A stretch of DNA of 64,000 nt from Podospora anserina. Lineage: Eukaryota. Position numbers and translations under genes: made by a program. Location: assembly GCA_017654855.1 (NCBI GenBank), contig CM030336.1:4712001-4776000 (forward strand), in the 5' to 3' direction. Positions 48,401-61,989 of this stretch are shown piece after piece; position 1 is the stretch's first letter, and every line of letters starts with the position of its first letter. The notes beneath the pieces were generated by a model. It ran no database searches. It was not told where the DNA came from and worked only from the letters and a program-made list of their open reading frames with translations.

Positions 48401-48852
48401 GGTGCCGCATGATGAGCAACTATGTCTTCGACGCCACAGGAAGAAAGGGGCTAGATGCTCTGTGGAAAATGGCCCAAACAGTCAAAAAGGTTGATGTGCT
48501 GGGCGCATTCAACAGATCCGATCCTAGCAAATTTCACATTTTGGCAGCAGGAAAAACAGCAGAGTACACAAGGGCCGTTGAGAGCCTGCCTCTAGCTATG
48601 CAGAGTTCATGGACCATAGGGATCGATCCAACAATGGACAAGTCGGACGATGCGGTTTCGGAAATGCATGTAAACGAACTCGAAACCGAGCTTATACAAC
48701 GAGGGCTTCTGGTAAGAAGAAGGGATGTGGAAACAGATCTGAGTCGCTTCAGACACGTGGAGGGAGTACAAGGGAGTGTTACCATAGTATCGGGCAAAAA
48801 CAGGCCAGCCATACGTATGGGGCTACACATGTTAATACATAAGTTACTTTGA
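45415..48852 (+). pseudogene. Fungal NLR-like STAND gene (N-terminal helical domain + NACHT + helical C-terminus), disrupted
   Basis: MSGLEPLVAFSLAC N-terminus, intron 45843-45915, TFNWIF, FWISGKPRSGKST Walker A, IFLDGLDE Walker B, SSRPE, CAGLVE, FVHRSAQDFL. TGA at 47066 replaces the G of GVFLW, a frameshift follows near 47172 and a second TGA sits at 47191. Confidence 0.9.
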
Positions 48853-50136
48853 CTGATATCCTTATCCACGTGTCGTGGGGCTTGTGAAAAAGCACGTTCA
48901 ACCCTTGGTCAACAGCACGGTTGCCCCTATCGCACATGACCTGCTGACGGATCTCACTCGGACAACGAGGTACTGAAATTCTCACAGGCTTTGACGCCCC
49001 AAAAATCTAAGCATTTCTTCTAGCTATGTACTTATCAATGTACATTCTTGATCTCCCGCAGAATCCGCTGGATTGCCCCATCGTACTCGACAATGATGCA
49101 TTCCGGCCCTCGCCCACCCATCCCATACGTGTATCCTAGACCAACCCGAATGGCCTGACAACACTGTGTAACTTCTGCAGCCAGATTGTCCCAGTTGTAA
49201 TTGTTACCCTTCCCTTAGAATGCGAAAAAACAACTGATTGGTGGCAACCTTGAGTATCGCAAGATCGAATCGCCGGGGTGGCATTCTCTGCTCCGGCACC
49301 ACAAGATATGTCGGGCAGTCGAACTCGATGCTCAACACAGCGTTCTAGTCCCCATTCCTGACCGCCTCACCCACCATGAGTTGGGCGACATTGTTGTCGG
49401 GCCAAACTAACGCCATGATTGTCAAAGTGCAATCTGCCTGATGGAGCAAGAAGTTAGACACAAAGTCAAGTTGCTTTGAATTAACACAGGGCTCATGATA
49501 TACACCTCTGACCAAGAGAACGGTTGAATGGTTTCGTCGGCTGCAGTGAGTTCGTTCAAGGCCGAAAAGGTAGCTGTTCAAAAACTCAAAGATTATCGTC
49601 AAGTGTGAATGGCGAGGAGGCTTGCTGTCCTTTCTCCGACAGAGTTGTCTGCCGATGAAAGGTATATATATTTGATAAGTCCCGACTGGGTTGGATGATT
49701 GTGGCTCTCGATATCGCCTCTCTCCCGGAAGCTATCGGAAAACACCTGAAGCTCCTTTGTGAATACCCAAGTCAAATTGCGCACCCGACGTCACATTGCT
49801 AGTACAGTTGTTGCGGGATGGGCCGTGCCGCCGGGGTATAGAGTTGGACCAACCGGACCCTTATCAATGGCCGGTGTTGACACCCTATGCTACTCCACAC
49901 CTTCTGACAGCTGTTTCTGTTCCCTTTTGTGGGGAGCCCGGCGTGAAAGATAGAAGCTTAATGTCGAGTGGTGCATGATGGCGGATGGAGCACAGTAGCA
50001 GAGTTTGAACCTTTCTCGTCTAAAACAAGCAGTCAGATTGAGGACATATCGAAAGTTCCTGCCGTCACATCTTGAAATGGAATGGCTGGTCTTGGTCATA
50101 AGACCTGATACCCACGCTTCAACCGAAATGGTCGCC

Positions 50137-53100
50137 TGTTGGGCTGGCGACCTAGGAAAGTCACTGGCTGCGAAAATGAGGCTAAAATGGCCAAAAAATG
50201 GTAAGCAAATTGGTATTACAGTAGTTGGTTGTTGGTTAAAAAGTAAACAGTAAGAAAATCCAGCCTTAAAAATAAACCGGTATGGGTCTGGGAAAACCTG
50301 GGCCCTTTAGTGCCCCACACCCCCCCACAGACAGCACACCGCTATCCAAAATAAAGCTATCGCTAATATCCTCCGAAGCCCAATATACGCCTAGATTCTT
50401 CTACTTCCTTTAACTCCTTTACCTAATACCCTAGTGGCCTTTTTCCCATACAAATATACGTTCTCCTATATATCTTAAACCGGAAAATCTCGTATTCCTA
50501 ATAGCTATATAAACTTTATATATTTCTCCCTTTATAGTACCTTTATAAATTTATTTATTAATATTTCTAACTTAGAAATATATTAAATATTAAATTTTTT
50601 TTCTTTTACTTATTTATTTATTTATTTATATTATATATTAATATACTAGGTTTTAATAATATTTTAAAGGTTTAAAACTATAATTTCGGTATTTTTATTA
50701 TTAGTATATAATATATATAGCCTTAATTATAATATATTATAATTTTTTAATATCTTTAATATTTACTATAATAAATACCCTATAGATATTAGGTTAGTAA
50801 ACTTTATTTCCGTTATACTTAGGGTAACGAAAATTTATTTTTTATTTTTTTATAATATTAACTTATTAACTATAAAAATAATATAGTTATTAATAAAATA
50901 TTTTTAAAGTAAAATATTTATATATAAAATATTTATAAATCCTATAAACTTTATATTTTTTATTAAAAATTTAAAATTTTTTAATATAATATATAGCTTC
51001 CTAATAATAATTAAATACCGGAAAAAATATTTTATTAACTTTAAGTAATATAATAAAAGTCTAAAATTATTCCTGTAAAGGCGGTTAATAATAAAAATAA
51101 TATCGAACCGAATACCGGTAAATAATTAATTTAATATACCGGTTTTTTAAATATATTTTTTTACTTCTATAATTATTTTTTCTTACGTAAAAAAAAGCTT
51201 TAACTTAATTAATTATAGCGTAATTACGCCGGCTATATTTTTATAACCGAACTTCTCGAGTAAAATATTAATATAAATTATTTAAAATAAATAAATTTAT
51301 TTCTTTCCGCGGTTCTTTATAATATTAAAACTTAAAAATCTTTTTAATTTACTTAATTTTTTAATATTATATTTATTCTTTAACCTAATAATAATATTTT
51401 TAATAATTTTTATTATAAATATTAATATAAATAAGTTATTTATATATAAAATTATTAAAGTATCTATTTTTTTATAACGGAATAGGTAAAGGTTTAATAA
51501 AAGGGTATCGAAATTTAATTTAATTATTATAAATTTTATTATTTTATATTAATAAATAAATAATTTTTTTAAACTATATAATATTTTTTTAAATTAATAT
51601 ATTTTATTTAATAATTTATTTAAATTATTTAATAATTATACGTAATACTATACGGTATTAAAGATTTTAATATTAGAAAATATTATTTTAAAATTATATT
51701 AAAAATATTTTTAATTATTTACGGTTATAATAATTTAAAAATATTTAATTATTATATTATTTATAATAATAATATAAACGTTTTATATAGTTTAAAAGTT
51801 TTTATTAAAGTTACTATATATTATTTATTTTACTTTAGCTTTTACTTTATTAATTTAAAGGTCTATCTTTTTATTATATATTTATTTATTTAATAAAATA
51901 TTATAGTCTTTTAACGTATTTATTAATTTATAAATATCCTTTTTTAATAAACCGGTATCCTACTTTTTTATAATAAATAATTAATATTTATAATAATTTT
52001 TAAGTTTCTTTACTTATTAATAATTTTTAAATATATAGGATTTATTAATAGTTTATAAAAAGTAATCGATTTTAATTATAAATAAAATATAAATTATTAT
52101 TTTATATAATTATAGATTATCGAAATATATTATAAAAAAACTTTAATAAAGGTATTTACTTTACTATAGTTTTTTATAAAAGTTTAGTTTTTAATTTTTT
52201 ATTATTATTTTACGAAACCGCTCTTAAGCCGGTAAAGAAGCTACTACTTTTTTTATATAATTTATATTAAACTTAAAATTATCGTTAAAATCTTCGATTA
52301 AATTTTTTATATTTAAATTTAATAACCTATTATCGGCTTAATTATTATTAAACCCCCCTATAGTTTTACCCTCTTTCCCCCCTAATAACCTTGTAAAGGA
52401 AGTAAGCTCTTTTATAATAAGAAAGTTAGTAATATAAGGCGTTTAATTATAATTTAGTAGGATAGGTATTTCGGACTATATATTTTTTACTTTTTCGGCG
52501 TTAAAAAAGTTTTTTATATTTAAAGTTTTAAATAATAAAAATAATATTAATAATAACGTAATTTTCGGAATAAATAAAATAATTTATTTAAAGTCCTTAA
52601 CTTTCTTTATTTTAATTATTAAAGTATTTTATTATAGATCGGGCTCTAATATAATAATAAATTTATTATCGAAAGTAACTTTCCTCCCTAAAAATACTAT
52701 TTTATTAATAATAATATTTTTTTTTAATTATAGTATTATTAATAAAAATTATTTTATATTTAATATTTTTATATTTATTATTATTAAATTTATAACAATT
52801 ATTTTCGTTAAATTTTATAATATTAATTTTTATAATTTTATTAATAATTAAATTTTAAATTTAATATATTTTATTATATATATTTACGTAATTAATAAAC
52901 TTTCTTTTTTTTATTTTAATAATAAATTTATTTAAATTAATCCGGTAAACCGGTTTAATATAGTAATACGCGTTATAAAAGTATAAACGTAAATACCGAA
53001 TATATAATTTCCACTCGCCTTTAAGTATATTAAGCTTTATAATATATTTTTTATAAATATTAATATCTCCTTTATTAACCTTCGAAAGTAATAAATTATT

Positions 53101-56055
53101 TATATAAATTATAAACTATATAATAAATAAAAATAACTTTTTTAATACTTTATAAACTAATATAATAGCTTTAATACGGTTAAACGTAGTTCTCGCGGCC
53201 CTCTTTACCTTTTTATTTATTTATAATAAGTAAAGTACGGTTTTAAAAATAATAATATTCTTTTAATCGGCCTAAGCAGCTATATAATTATCGTTAAAGG
53301 TCTTTAAGCCCTAAATAAATTCCGTACTGCGGTTAAGGCTAATAATATTAATTTTATACCTGGTTTAATACGTGATTTTCGTTTCGAAATCCTTAACTTT
53401 ATTAAATACCTACTTTTTTTTTATTATAAAATTAATTTATTTATAATTACTTTATATATTTATATATTAAATAAAATATTTATAATTTAAATATCTAAAG
53501 TTCTTATAAATAATAATATTAATATAAATAAAGTTAAATAGGTTATTAATTTACGAAAAGGTTAATAAACTTAATTAATTTATTATTTTTATTATTATAT
53601 AAAGTTTATAAAAAAAATTATTATTAATAAATTTAATACTTATTTATATATAAACTTTATAAATATTATTTTTATTAATATATATTAAACGATAATATAT
53701 TATTCGGTAATTAATAAATATTATTATAGTTTTAATAAAAATTTTCGTTAAAAATATTTTACTAAAATTAATATTAAATATTATATTTATTTAATATATA
53801 TTATTATTTTTAATTAATTTATATATTATTTATTTAATATTTTTAAAGATTAAATTATAATTTTTTTAATTTTAAAAAATATTTTTATTAAATAATTTAT
53901 TCGCTAATATTAAATTAATAAACGTTTATAAATAGTATATTGTTTCTTTAAACTTTAAAGTAATAACTTAATTACTTAAAAAAATAAATTATAATACTAC
54001 GGTACTTTAATAACTATACTTTATAATATCTCTTAATAATAAAAAAAATTTCTTTTCCTTCTCTTTAAATAATAAATAAAGCTCGGTAAATTACTTTAAT
54101 TTATTAAATACGAAATTTATATATTTGGAATCGTAATATATATAATTTTTAAATATTTTAATAGCTTATTAAACTTTAAAGGTATTTATTAAGAAAAGTA
54201 TTACCTTTAAAGGCCGAAACGAAAATTTAATTAATTATTATTATAGTAAGTAAGGAGTAATATATTAATAAAATTATTAAATAATATTAAAGTATTATAA
54301 GTAAGTTAGTCTTTCGAAAATCTAATATTAATAACGTTATTAATATAATTTTAAAAAGTCTTTATTAACGAACTAATACTTTATTACCTCTTTTACCTAT
54401 CCGCTTATACTTTTTCCCTATACTCCTAATCCTTTAAAATTTTATTAGGGTTATACTATTAATAAGCTTTACTTTTCGAATAATAACGATTATAATTTAT
54501 ATAATATTAATTACCTTTCTTTAAACCTTTAATATATTAATTATATTTTTTTATTAAAATTAATAATATAATAAGTAAAAATATAATTACGGCCGGGACT
54601 TTAATAATTTTAATAATAATTTTAAAATAAATTAATATAGTTTCTTTTATAATAACTTTAATATTATACTTTTAATAAAAAAGCGATTAAGTTATAGTAT
54701 TATCTTTTATTTTTTTTATTAGCCGGTTATATAAATCGGGATATATAGTTTTAATACTATTTAAAGTAGTTTAAAGGTAAATTATATAACCGATTTTAAT
54801 TTCTATTATATTAAAACGACGGCGAAAAACCTTAAGCCAGCTAAAGTAAATTTAAAATAAAGTAAAGTTAATACGTTTAAAAATAAAATATTTTTTTAAA
54901 AATATATTAATAATATCGAAAGTACCGCGCTATAGAGCTTAAATAATTTTTTAATATAAACTATAGGTATTAATACCGTTAATTTTTTAATTTAAATTAA
55001 AAATTTATTATTGGATTTTAAGCTTTTTAACGGAAATTATTATTAAGTTTTAAATATTTAGGTTATTAATACACTATTAATCGAAAGTAAGTATCCTTTT
55101 TTCCGCTAATAACTATATATTAACCTTAATATAATCCTTTAAACTATAGTATATAAGGGACTAAATTAATTAAAATTTTTAATTAAGAAGATCGGTTTTT
55201 AAGTTTAAAGCCGGTAAGGTTTAAAAAATTTATTATTTAACTATAATAATAATATTAATATTCTTTATAGTTTTTATAAATTTTAAAAATTAAATTATAA
55301 TAACGTTAATATTAATTATTTTAAAAGAAAAATTAATTAAAGAAAAGTCGTAAAAAAAATATTATAAAAAAAACGTCGAAAGAAAGATTTAAAAAAAGGC
55401 GTTACCTAACTTTATAACCGTTAATAATAGGTTAAATTAATTTAGGTAAAGGGCGAGATACTTACTCCGCTATTAATTTCCTAATAAGGTAGGATAGAGT
55501 TCTCGATTATTACCGGAAAATAATAATTTTTTAATTAAAAAGTTATAAAAATAATAAAACTAAAGAAATTTAGTTAGGAGAAGGTTAATACTATAAACTA
55601 TATTTTTATCGGTAAAGGGTAGTCGGTTATTTTAACTCTTTATTAAAATAAGGGTTAGGGTTAAAACTAAGTTTCCGTTAATTAAGAAGTTAATTAATTT
55701 TTTTAACGCTTTTAAAATCGCTATCGAAAGGTCTAATTGCGTAATATTGGCTTAATAAGGGTCGAAAAGTCGTAAGGTCCGGTATAGTATTCGGCCTTAC
55801 GAGGTCGGGTTATCGACGAGGGTATCGACTTCGGTTTACTTAGTGATTTAAACGTTAAAAGAGCTTATAACCTATTGGGCTAGCGACCTAGGAAAGTCAC
55901 TGGCTGCGAAAATAAGGCTAAAATAGCCAAAAAATGGTAAGCAAATTAGTATTACAGTAGTTGGTTATTGGTTAAAAAGTAAACAGTAAGAAAATCCAGC
56001 CCCAAGAGCAAACCGGTGTGGGTCTGGGAAAACCTGGGCCCTTTGGTGCCCCACA
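50137..56055 (-). mobile_element. Full-length Ty1/Copia LTR retrotransposon, heavily RIP-mutated (5,919 bp)
   Basis: 183-bp direct LTRs (50137-50319, 55873-56055) and a 5-bp target duplication TCGCC (50132-50136, 56056-56060). On the minus strand: copia-type PBS GGTTAT(A/G)AGC after the right LTR and a G-run PPT before the left LTR. Interior is extremely AT-rich with no ORFs. Confidence 0.93.
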
Positions 56056-56408
56056 TCGCCTGAGTTACGACATGGAACTGAATGTGATACGCACGTTTGG
56101 ACTCGCCTTCTTGCTCAGCTAGCCACAAGTCCATGCTATCGAAGTCTTTGGTTGCCCAGGGGGTCATCCACTTGCCACCAGGAACACAGTAACATCATCT
56201 TGGGATACCAAAGGTACCATACTTAGGTACTATTCCTTGGCAGTGATGGTTGAGATCTAGCTAGATCTCGCACCGGACACCAAGAGGGCAAGTGTCTATA
56301 AAGAGGCCTTTCGCCGCCGTCCAAACTTCGTTCATCAGCTCTCCAGAACACATTCTGCTTTTCGTTCAAACATCTACTTTCGCCCACAACAACACATATC
56401 TGTTCATC

Positions 56409-57132
56409 ATGCCGACTCAGTACATTGCAGAGGTCAACCAGTCCAAGGAGGACCGTGACAAGTTGCGCCAGAATGAGTACTTGCTTCAGGTCGCGAAAGC
56501 TGTTGCAACCGGGGGCAAGCCTGAGTTCAATGTTGTCTATGCCTCTAGGATCCTCGCCCCTCCCCCAACATGAACATTCAGTGGACGACGACATACGGAC
56601 TCAACTGGGCCACCGACATGCCCTCCCCTGGCTCGATTGTCCCGTACAGCTGCACCTGGCAGAAGTGTGACCTGGGTTCTTCTTACACCCTCGACAAGGA
56701 CGGCGATTGGTCTGCCAAGCAGGAAAATCCCAACGCAAAGCCCGACTCACTAAACTTTGCCTCCAATGACTACGCAGTTGCAGTTCATATCCTGGTTGGT
56801 GTTCAAGACCCAGCTTCCAAGAAGTGGACTCCGGTAGGTTTCTCATCGCCCGTCTTCAATGTTGCTTTCCAGATTTTCCATCTTTGCTGACAATTATGAA
56901 GATCTGGGTTGGCAAGAACATGCTCCTCAAGGGCGCCCACGGAGAATACCAACTCATTGAGACCGTCAACATTTGGTATCAGCAAGGCGATCAGACAGCG
57001 ACCATGATTTCCACCAAGGCCACATCAGTTCAGTCGTACGACATGCCGGGTGCGCGCCCCGTTTACTTTTCCTATGATGCCGTCAAAGGAAAATGGCGTA
57101 CCCCTGATGACCAGCCGTTCGAGTTCCCTTGA
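56409..57132 (+). pseudogene. Beta-strand-rich hypothetical protein with a frameshift in a C-run (56556-56566) and one intron (~56834-56900)
   Basis: Three consecutive coding-like frames join into one ~215-aa protein if 2 or 5 bp are removed at GCCCCTCCCCC and the GTAGGT...CTGAC...AAG intron is spliced; TATAAA at ~56297. Confidence 0.65.
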
Positions 57133-57842
57133 GTGCCTAGGTGCGTGTATGGGATCCATGTGGTAATCTTGAAGAAGACAGCCAGGGGCAGTGGAGGAAG
57201 GACGACGGGAGAGATATGGTTAGGGGTACACGTATACAGTCTCGGTTTTGGAAAAAAAGGAACAATGAATTAGATAGATGCCAGCACCTGTGGCAACGAC
57301 AATACAAGTCCCATCGATCCGTGTCTCGTTGAGCTATCCCCAACCTGAATATCTTGTTTTCCACACATACGCTTGTCCAAGAGACGGGACTTGTGCAAAT
57401 GTACTTATCGACATCATGTGTCACCTTGTGGAACCCAGAAACAATGATTGAACCCCTTCCAGAGATGTCCAAAAAGCGCCCATCACAGCTATGACAAAGC
57501 CCCTCAATTCCATCCCGTACCCCAAGGCATGTACCAGCCATGCTGTTTTCAGTATCAAGAAACCAGTTGACCTTGGTACTGTAACTGGCAGTGAAATGCA
57601 TTAATGCTGTTGCTCAGTCCGCAGCTCCAGTTTAAACTCCGGTCATCGATTTAGAGGAGCGAGCAAAGCATAGAATGCATTTCACTGTTACATCTTTCAG
57701 CCAGAAGGGTTGACTGGAAACATTATTTTGTACGGTTTCAAGAATAGGGGTATCTATCATGAAGTGAGAGTCTTCTCGCAATAAACATTAATAGTTGGAT
57801 GTTCCAATGATTTTGTCATAACCACGATAAGATGTGCAAGGT

Positions 57843-59285
57843 CTAAACAGCCCGGATTGCACCGTCCGCTGGACCCTCACCCGTCTCCTGTCGCCGTGGG
57901 GAAGCAGGCGTCTGCTGGGCTGAACTTATGGTCGGCCCAATAACCACAGTACCAGAACCCAGCACAAGCCCAAGTACCGCATTTGGGTTCCCCAAGACCG
58001 GCCCCCAAGTAGCAGCTGTCGTCCCACTATTCATCGAATGCCCATCACGGACACTCGAGGGAGGAGGACCGGGATAAACAGGCAAAGGCGTGTCATCGTG
58101 TTCCGCCCGGGTGGTACCTCCAGTTCCAGTACCACCACCACCACCACTACCGCCACCGATTCCCATCTCAATACTCTCCCCTACACTAACCGGCTTTCGA
58201 GCCCCTAACCAGCGCTCGGGATACTTGAGCCGAAACCCCCACTGAAGCCACAACTTTATCTTCATCCAAAACGGCATCCTCTTCCACTGCTCCCTTAGTT
58301 GCTCCTGCTCATCTGCATTCCTCTCGACTTCATATTTGGTGACAAAGATCATGAGCAGCGTGGCAATCAGCCACCAGCACACCGTGCCGCACCGAAGAGC
58401 CCGATGGCCTTGCATCAGGCTCCTGAACCACAGGAAATTCTCGATGAAGCCTAGAACAAAGAGGGTCCCGACGATGGCGAGGATGATGGCGGGCCCTTCT
58501 GGGATTTTGCTGCAGCGTCCGAAGGCCTTGTGGGGACATTTTTGTTTTGCCTCTGCTCCAAATGGGTTGGGGCGCGGATCCTTTTCTCCTGGGAGAAAGC
58601 AGTTCTCAATGTAGCGGTAGTTGATTTGATCGTATCGGTAGTAATCCGCCGGCGGTCTGCGCGCTGGAGGAAGGTCCGTCGCTTTCACATGCAGTGTCGT
58701 GTATGTGTAGTACGAAGTTTGTTGCACCCAACGATGGGTGCTGCTATCGGTTGTGGTGACAAATCTGGTGTATGTGACGACATCTGTTTCGACGCTGGCC
58801 ATGGAGTGGAGGATCTCGCTGAGCGGCGTCGGAACAGACGCGGAGGTGCTGAGGTTGACCTCGGTGGTGTATTCGAAGGGGGTCGGGCAGCTGGTTGGCG
58901 CGGTGATTGTATAGTCGACAAGCCATTGAGGGCCCTCCCCACGCGAGTCGGGATCTGGGTCCCACCGCCAGGTATACAGGTCCGAGGTGGGAACCGCGTC
59001 GGCGGGATAATAGTACTCCACAACCTCCAAATCCCAGGAAGTGAGACTCGCTGTTGTGGTTGATATTGGCGTTACGTCTGGGAGTGAGGTGGTACGTGCC
59101 ACTAACCGTGTTACGGTCGTTGTTCCGGTGCATGATAGACCCGTCACACCAGCTGGGTCGCAGCTCAATGGCTCAGGTTCTGGGTCATCGACGAATATCT
59201 GCGTCGCGGTCCAGAAACTCGCCGCTGCTATCTGACATAGGCCGGCTGATGCCAACAACCGGGCTATTAGGTGTATTCGTGCCAT
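57843..59285 (-). CDS. Membrane protein: signal peptide, Thr-rich extracellular region, two TM helices, low-complexity tail
   Basis: 480-aa ORF; hydrophobic segments AIILAIVGTLFVLGFI and VCWWLIATLLMIFV. Confidence 0.8.
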   Translation of the reverse strand: MARIHLIARLLASAGLCQIAAASFWTATQIFVDDPEPEPLSCDPAGVTGLSCTGTTTVTRLVARTTSLPDVTPISTTTASLTSWDLEVVEYYYPADAVPTSDLYTWRWDPDPDSRGEGPQWLVDYTITAPTSCPTPFEYTTEVNLSTSASVPTPLSEILHSMASVETDVVTYTRFVTTTDSSTHRWVQQTSYYTYTTLHVKATDLPPARRPPADYYRYDQINYRYIENCFLPGEKDPRPNPFGAEAKQKCPHKAFGRCSKIPEGPAIILAIVGTLFVLGFIENFLWFRSLMQGHRALRCGTVCWWLIATLLMIFVTKYEVERNADEQEQLREQWKRMPFWMKIKLWLQWGFRLKYPERWLGARKPVSVGESIEMGIGGGSGGGGGTGTGGTTRAEHDDTPLPVYPGPPPSSVRDGHSMNSGTTAATWGPVLGNPNAVLGLVLGSGTVVIGPTISSAQQTPASPRRQETGEGPADGAIRAV

Positions 59286-59879
59286 GGTGAAATGTTGGTA
59301 ATCAAAGCCCTGAGACCAGGAATGAAGGGCTACGACGATTTCAATCGAAGGTGGCCTTCTGGCACATCTAAGATCAACACCTCAACCGACAACCCAACCA
59401 ACGATTGTCAGCTCAGTCCTCTTATGGGACCTTGGCAAGGTGATTATGGGGACGAGCTCAAGGGCTTGTTCTCGGCACAAAGCTTGGTAGCATCGCAGGA
59501 GAAGCGAAATGAGGGAGCCAATCTGACACTATCACCCAATTTCTATGGAGACGAGATAGTACCGCAGCCAGAGAGAACACATGTCGTTGCCAAGTTAGCC
59601 TTGCCAAATCAAGTTAGAATATCGAGGCATTCTGTTGCTCTCTATCCAATGAACAAACTGGAGATGTCCTGCACGGTTCTTGTGTTTCCATAGCGTGGGA
59701 GCATGCTGGCACACTGCCAGCACTGCGCCACAGAAGAAGCTTGGTTCAACCCTAACCCTCTGTTCGACAATTATCCCTGAACCCCTTAAACAATAAGAAC
59801 AGCACCCATGTCTGACCTCGAATATTTGATCTCAGTCTCTTTGATTATGTACCCCATCACCACAGAATAGCGATTTTTC

Positions 59880-61546
59880 CTATCCGATCAAAGGCCTACT
59901 CTTCCTTGGCAGCGTGACCTTGAACACCAAGGCCTGTTGGTCCAGGCTGCACCCACTCGCGTCTTTGTATGGGATCTTGCCGTTGTTGATGAATCCTGAA
60001 ACAGTTGTCAGCAGTGTATTATGCATCCCTCTATTGTCAAAAACGCTTACCATTCTGCGTGATAAAGTCATTATCAGAGATGACAATCAAGAAGTACTCG
60101 TCCTTCTTGCCATCGTCCACCGGAACCAACACCAAGCTCTCCCACTTCTCATTCAAAAGGCTGTTCATCGGCAACGCTGGGGGCCCGTTCCTCAGCCCAA
60201 ACTTGTTCAGCCTAGAATTGATGTTGAAGTCGATCCACGGGCAAAGTGTCGCGGGTGTTATCTCTGGCTTCAACACACCATCTGCTCTCGTCAGGGTCGG
60301 GCTATCCTTCGTATCACAAGTCAAATCACATACCTTCACTCGCAATCGAAGCATTAAACAAATCATACCTCCTCCCCTTCACATCCGTCGCCCTCCCAAT
60401 ATCAACCACGTCCACATGCCTGTACAAACTCGTCGGGCTATCAGTGCAAGCACCAACCCCGCTATCCCTCGGCAGCACAAGCAGCTGCTCGTCACTGACA
60501 TACTTGATCTCACTCTGCGCCGCCACCCTCGTCCTCCCTTGCCCATCAGTAAACGTAGGCAAAGGCACAACCCACTCCCCGGAGTACTTCACCTTCTTGC
60601 CTTTCCCCTTGCTAACATCATACCTCAATAACCGGGTATACCTCCTCGTAGCAGCATTCCCGCCCCCTTCCAGCCTCCCCGCACTCTGCAGCATGACCCA
60701 GAGTTGTTTCCCATCTGAACTGGCGGTTAACCCCTCAAAACCCTGGTTGTTTGACCTACCCTGACTGGGGTTGGTAGGAATGGGTCGTTTGCCGCTGTCG
60801 AAAATAGGGGCGTTGTCACTGCTGAAACTGAGGGTGCCATTCCTCAGTGGGAGGAGAGCATCAGGTGGGGCGATGGCGGATAGGAGTTTTCCGCTGGGGG
60901 AGAAGAGGAAGATGTACGGGCCGTACTCGTCGCTTATCCAGAAGGTGCCATCATCATTCAACACCAAGCCTTCGGCGTCAATAGCGATGCGTTTTCCTCC
61001 TGGACCGGGGCCACCAAACCCATCACCGGGATAGGTCGATGCTGGGAGGGGGGGAAAGCCAGGGAGGGTGGTGATACTGTCTGGGTCGAGACCAGTGAGG
61101 GGTTCACCGCTGGGAGAGGTAAGAAGGATGGTGGCTTTGTATTTGAAGAGGAGGTTTGGTGGGAGGGGCGGGGATTGAGATGCCGCGGCTGGGGTGAAAG
61201 TCACATCAAAGGTGTGGACGCGAGGGATGGTGTTTTGGGTGCCTTGGGTGTTCCAGCCTCTGTCGGGGAGGCCGTAGAGCGTGCCGGTGTAGTAGGTTTG
61301 TTTGTTTTTGCCACCGGCAGATCGCTTTTTCCAGTTGGTGATCGCGGCTGAGGAGCCGATGCTGATTGTGTCGCCGAATTTGTCTCTCGCGTCAGAGGGG
61401 ATGGAACCGAAACCGGCGAGTTCGTTGTATGTATAGGATTTTCCCTGGCACGTTGTCGTGGAGACGGGAGCAGGAGATGGCTGAGGGTGTGAGAGCACGG
61501 TGCTCGTCAACAAGGCAAGGACGCCTAGGCTGCTGAGGAAGACCAT
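59880..61546 (-). CDS. Secreted phytase-like esterase domain protein; 2 introns near 60282-60333 and 59996-60050
   Basis: Signal peptide; LPDRG, DAEGL, FWISDEYGP, NNQGFEGL, KWESL, ISDNDF motifs. Confidence 0.9.
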
Positions 61547-61989
61547 GACTCTGGTGGGGGTGCGCAGCTGTTTGTGACGGTGAGGAAGCTTGCACTCCTC
61601 CGGGAGGGCATATTCAACTTATGACCTCGGCCAGGGCACGTGGGCATCTTTCAGCTCATGCAAGCTGAGGAATAGAATGATGGAGGAACGGTGTGACTGT
61701 AACACTGGATTCTGTCACTTACCCACGTGCTCATTGGCATTGAGATATAGCAGTGAGCTGAGGAAAGTGGTGGGGGAGATCGTCAGGAACATGTGGGTGT
61801 TTTCGCCTCCGTGATTGGACGGTGGCGACAACCGATAACGCCAAGCCATGTGACATTTGTTGACACCATACATAGCTGCATGTAAACCAATGTAGATGAA
61901 AATGTTCCAACCTCCTCTCCTGATTTCTGTTACTTGCTCATGCCCCTTCCCAAGTCATGATTTCCTGCCCTCGCTCTAGCGTTGTAAGC

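Noticed and set aside
50320-55872. Centromere, mitochondrial insertion or foreign AT-rich DNA
   Set aside because: Fully explained as the RIP-mutated interior of a Copia element bounded by LTRs and a target duplication.
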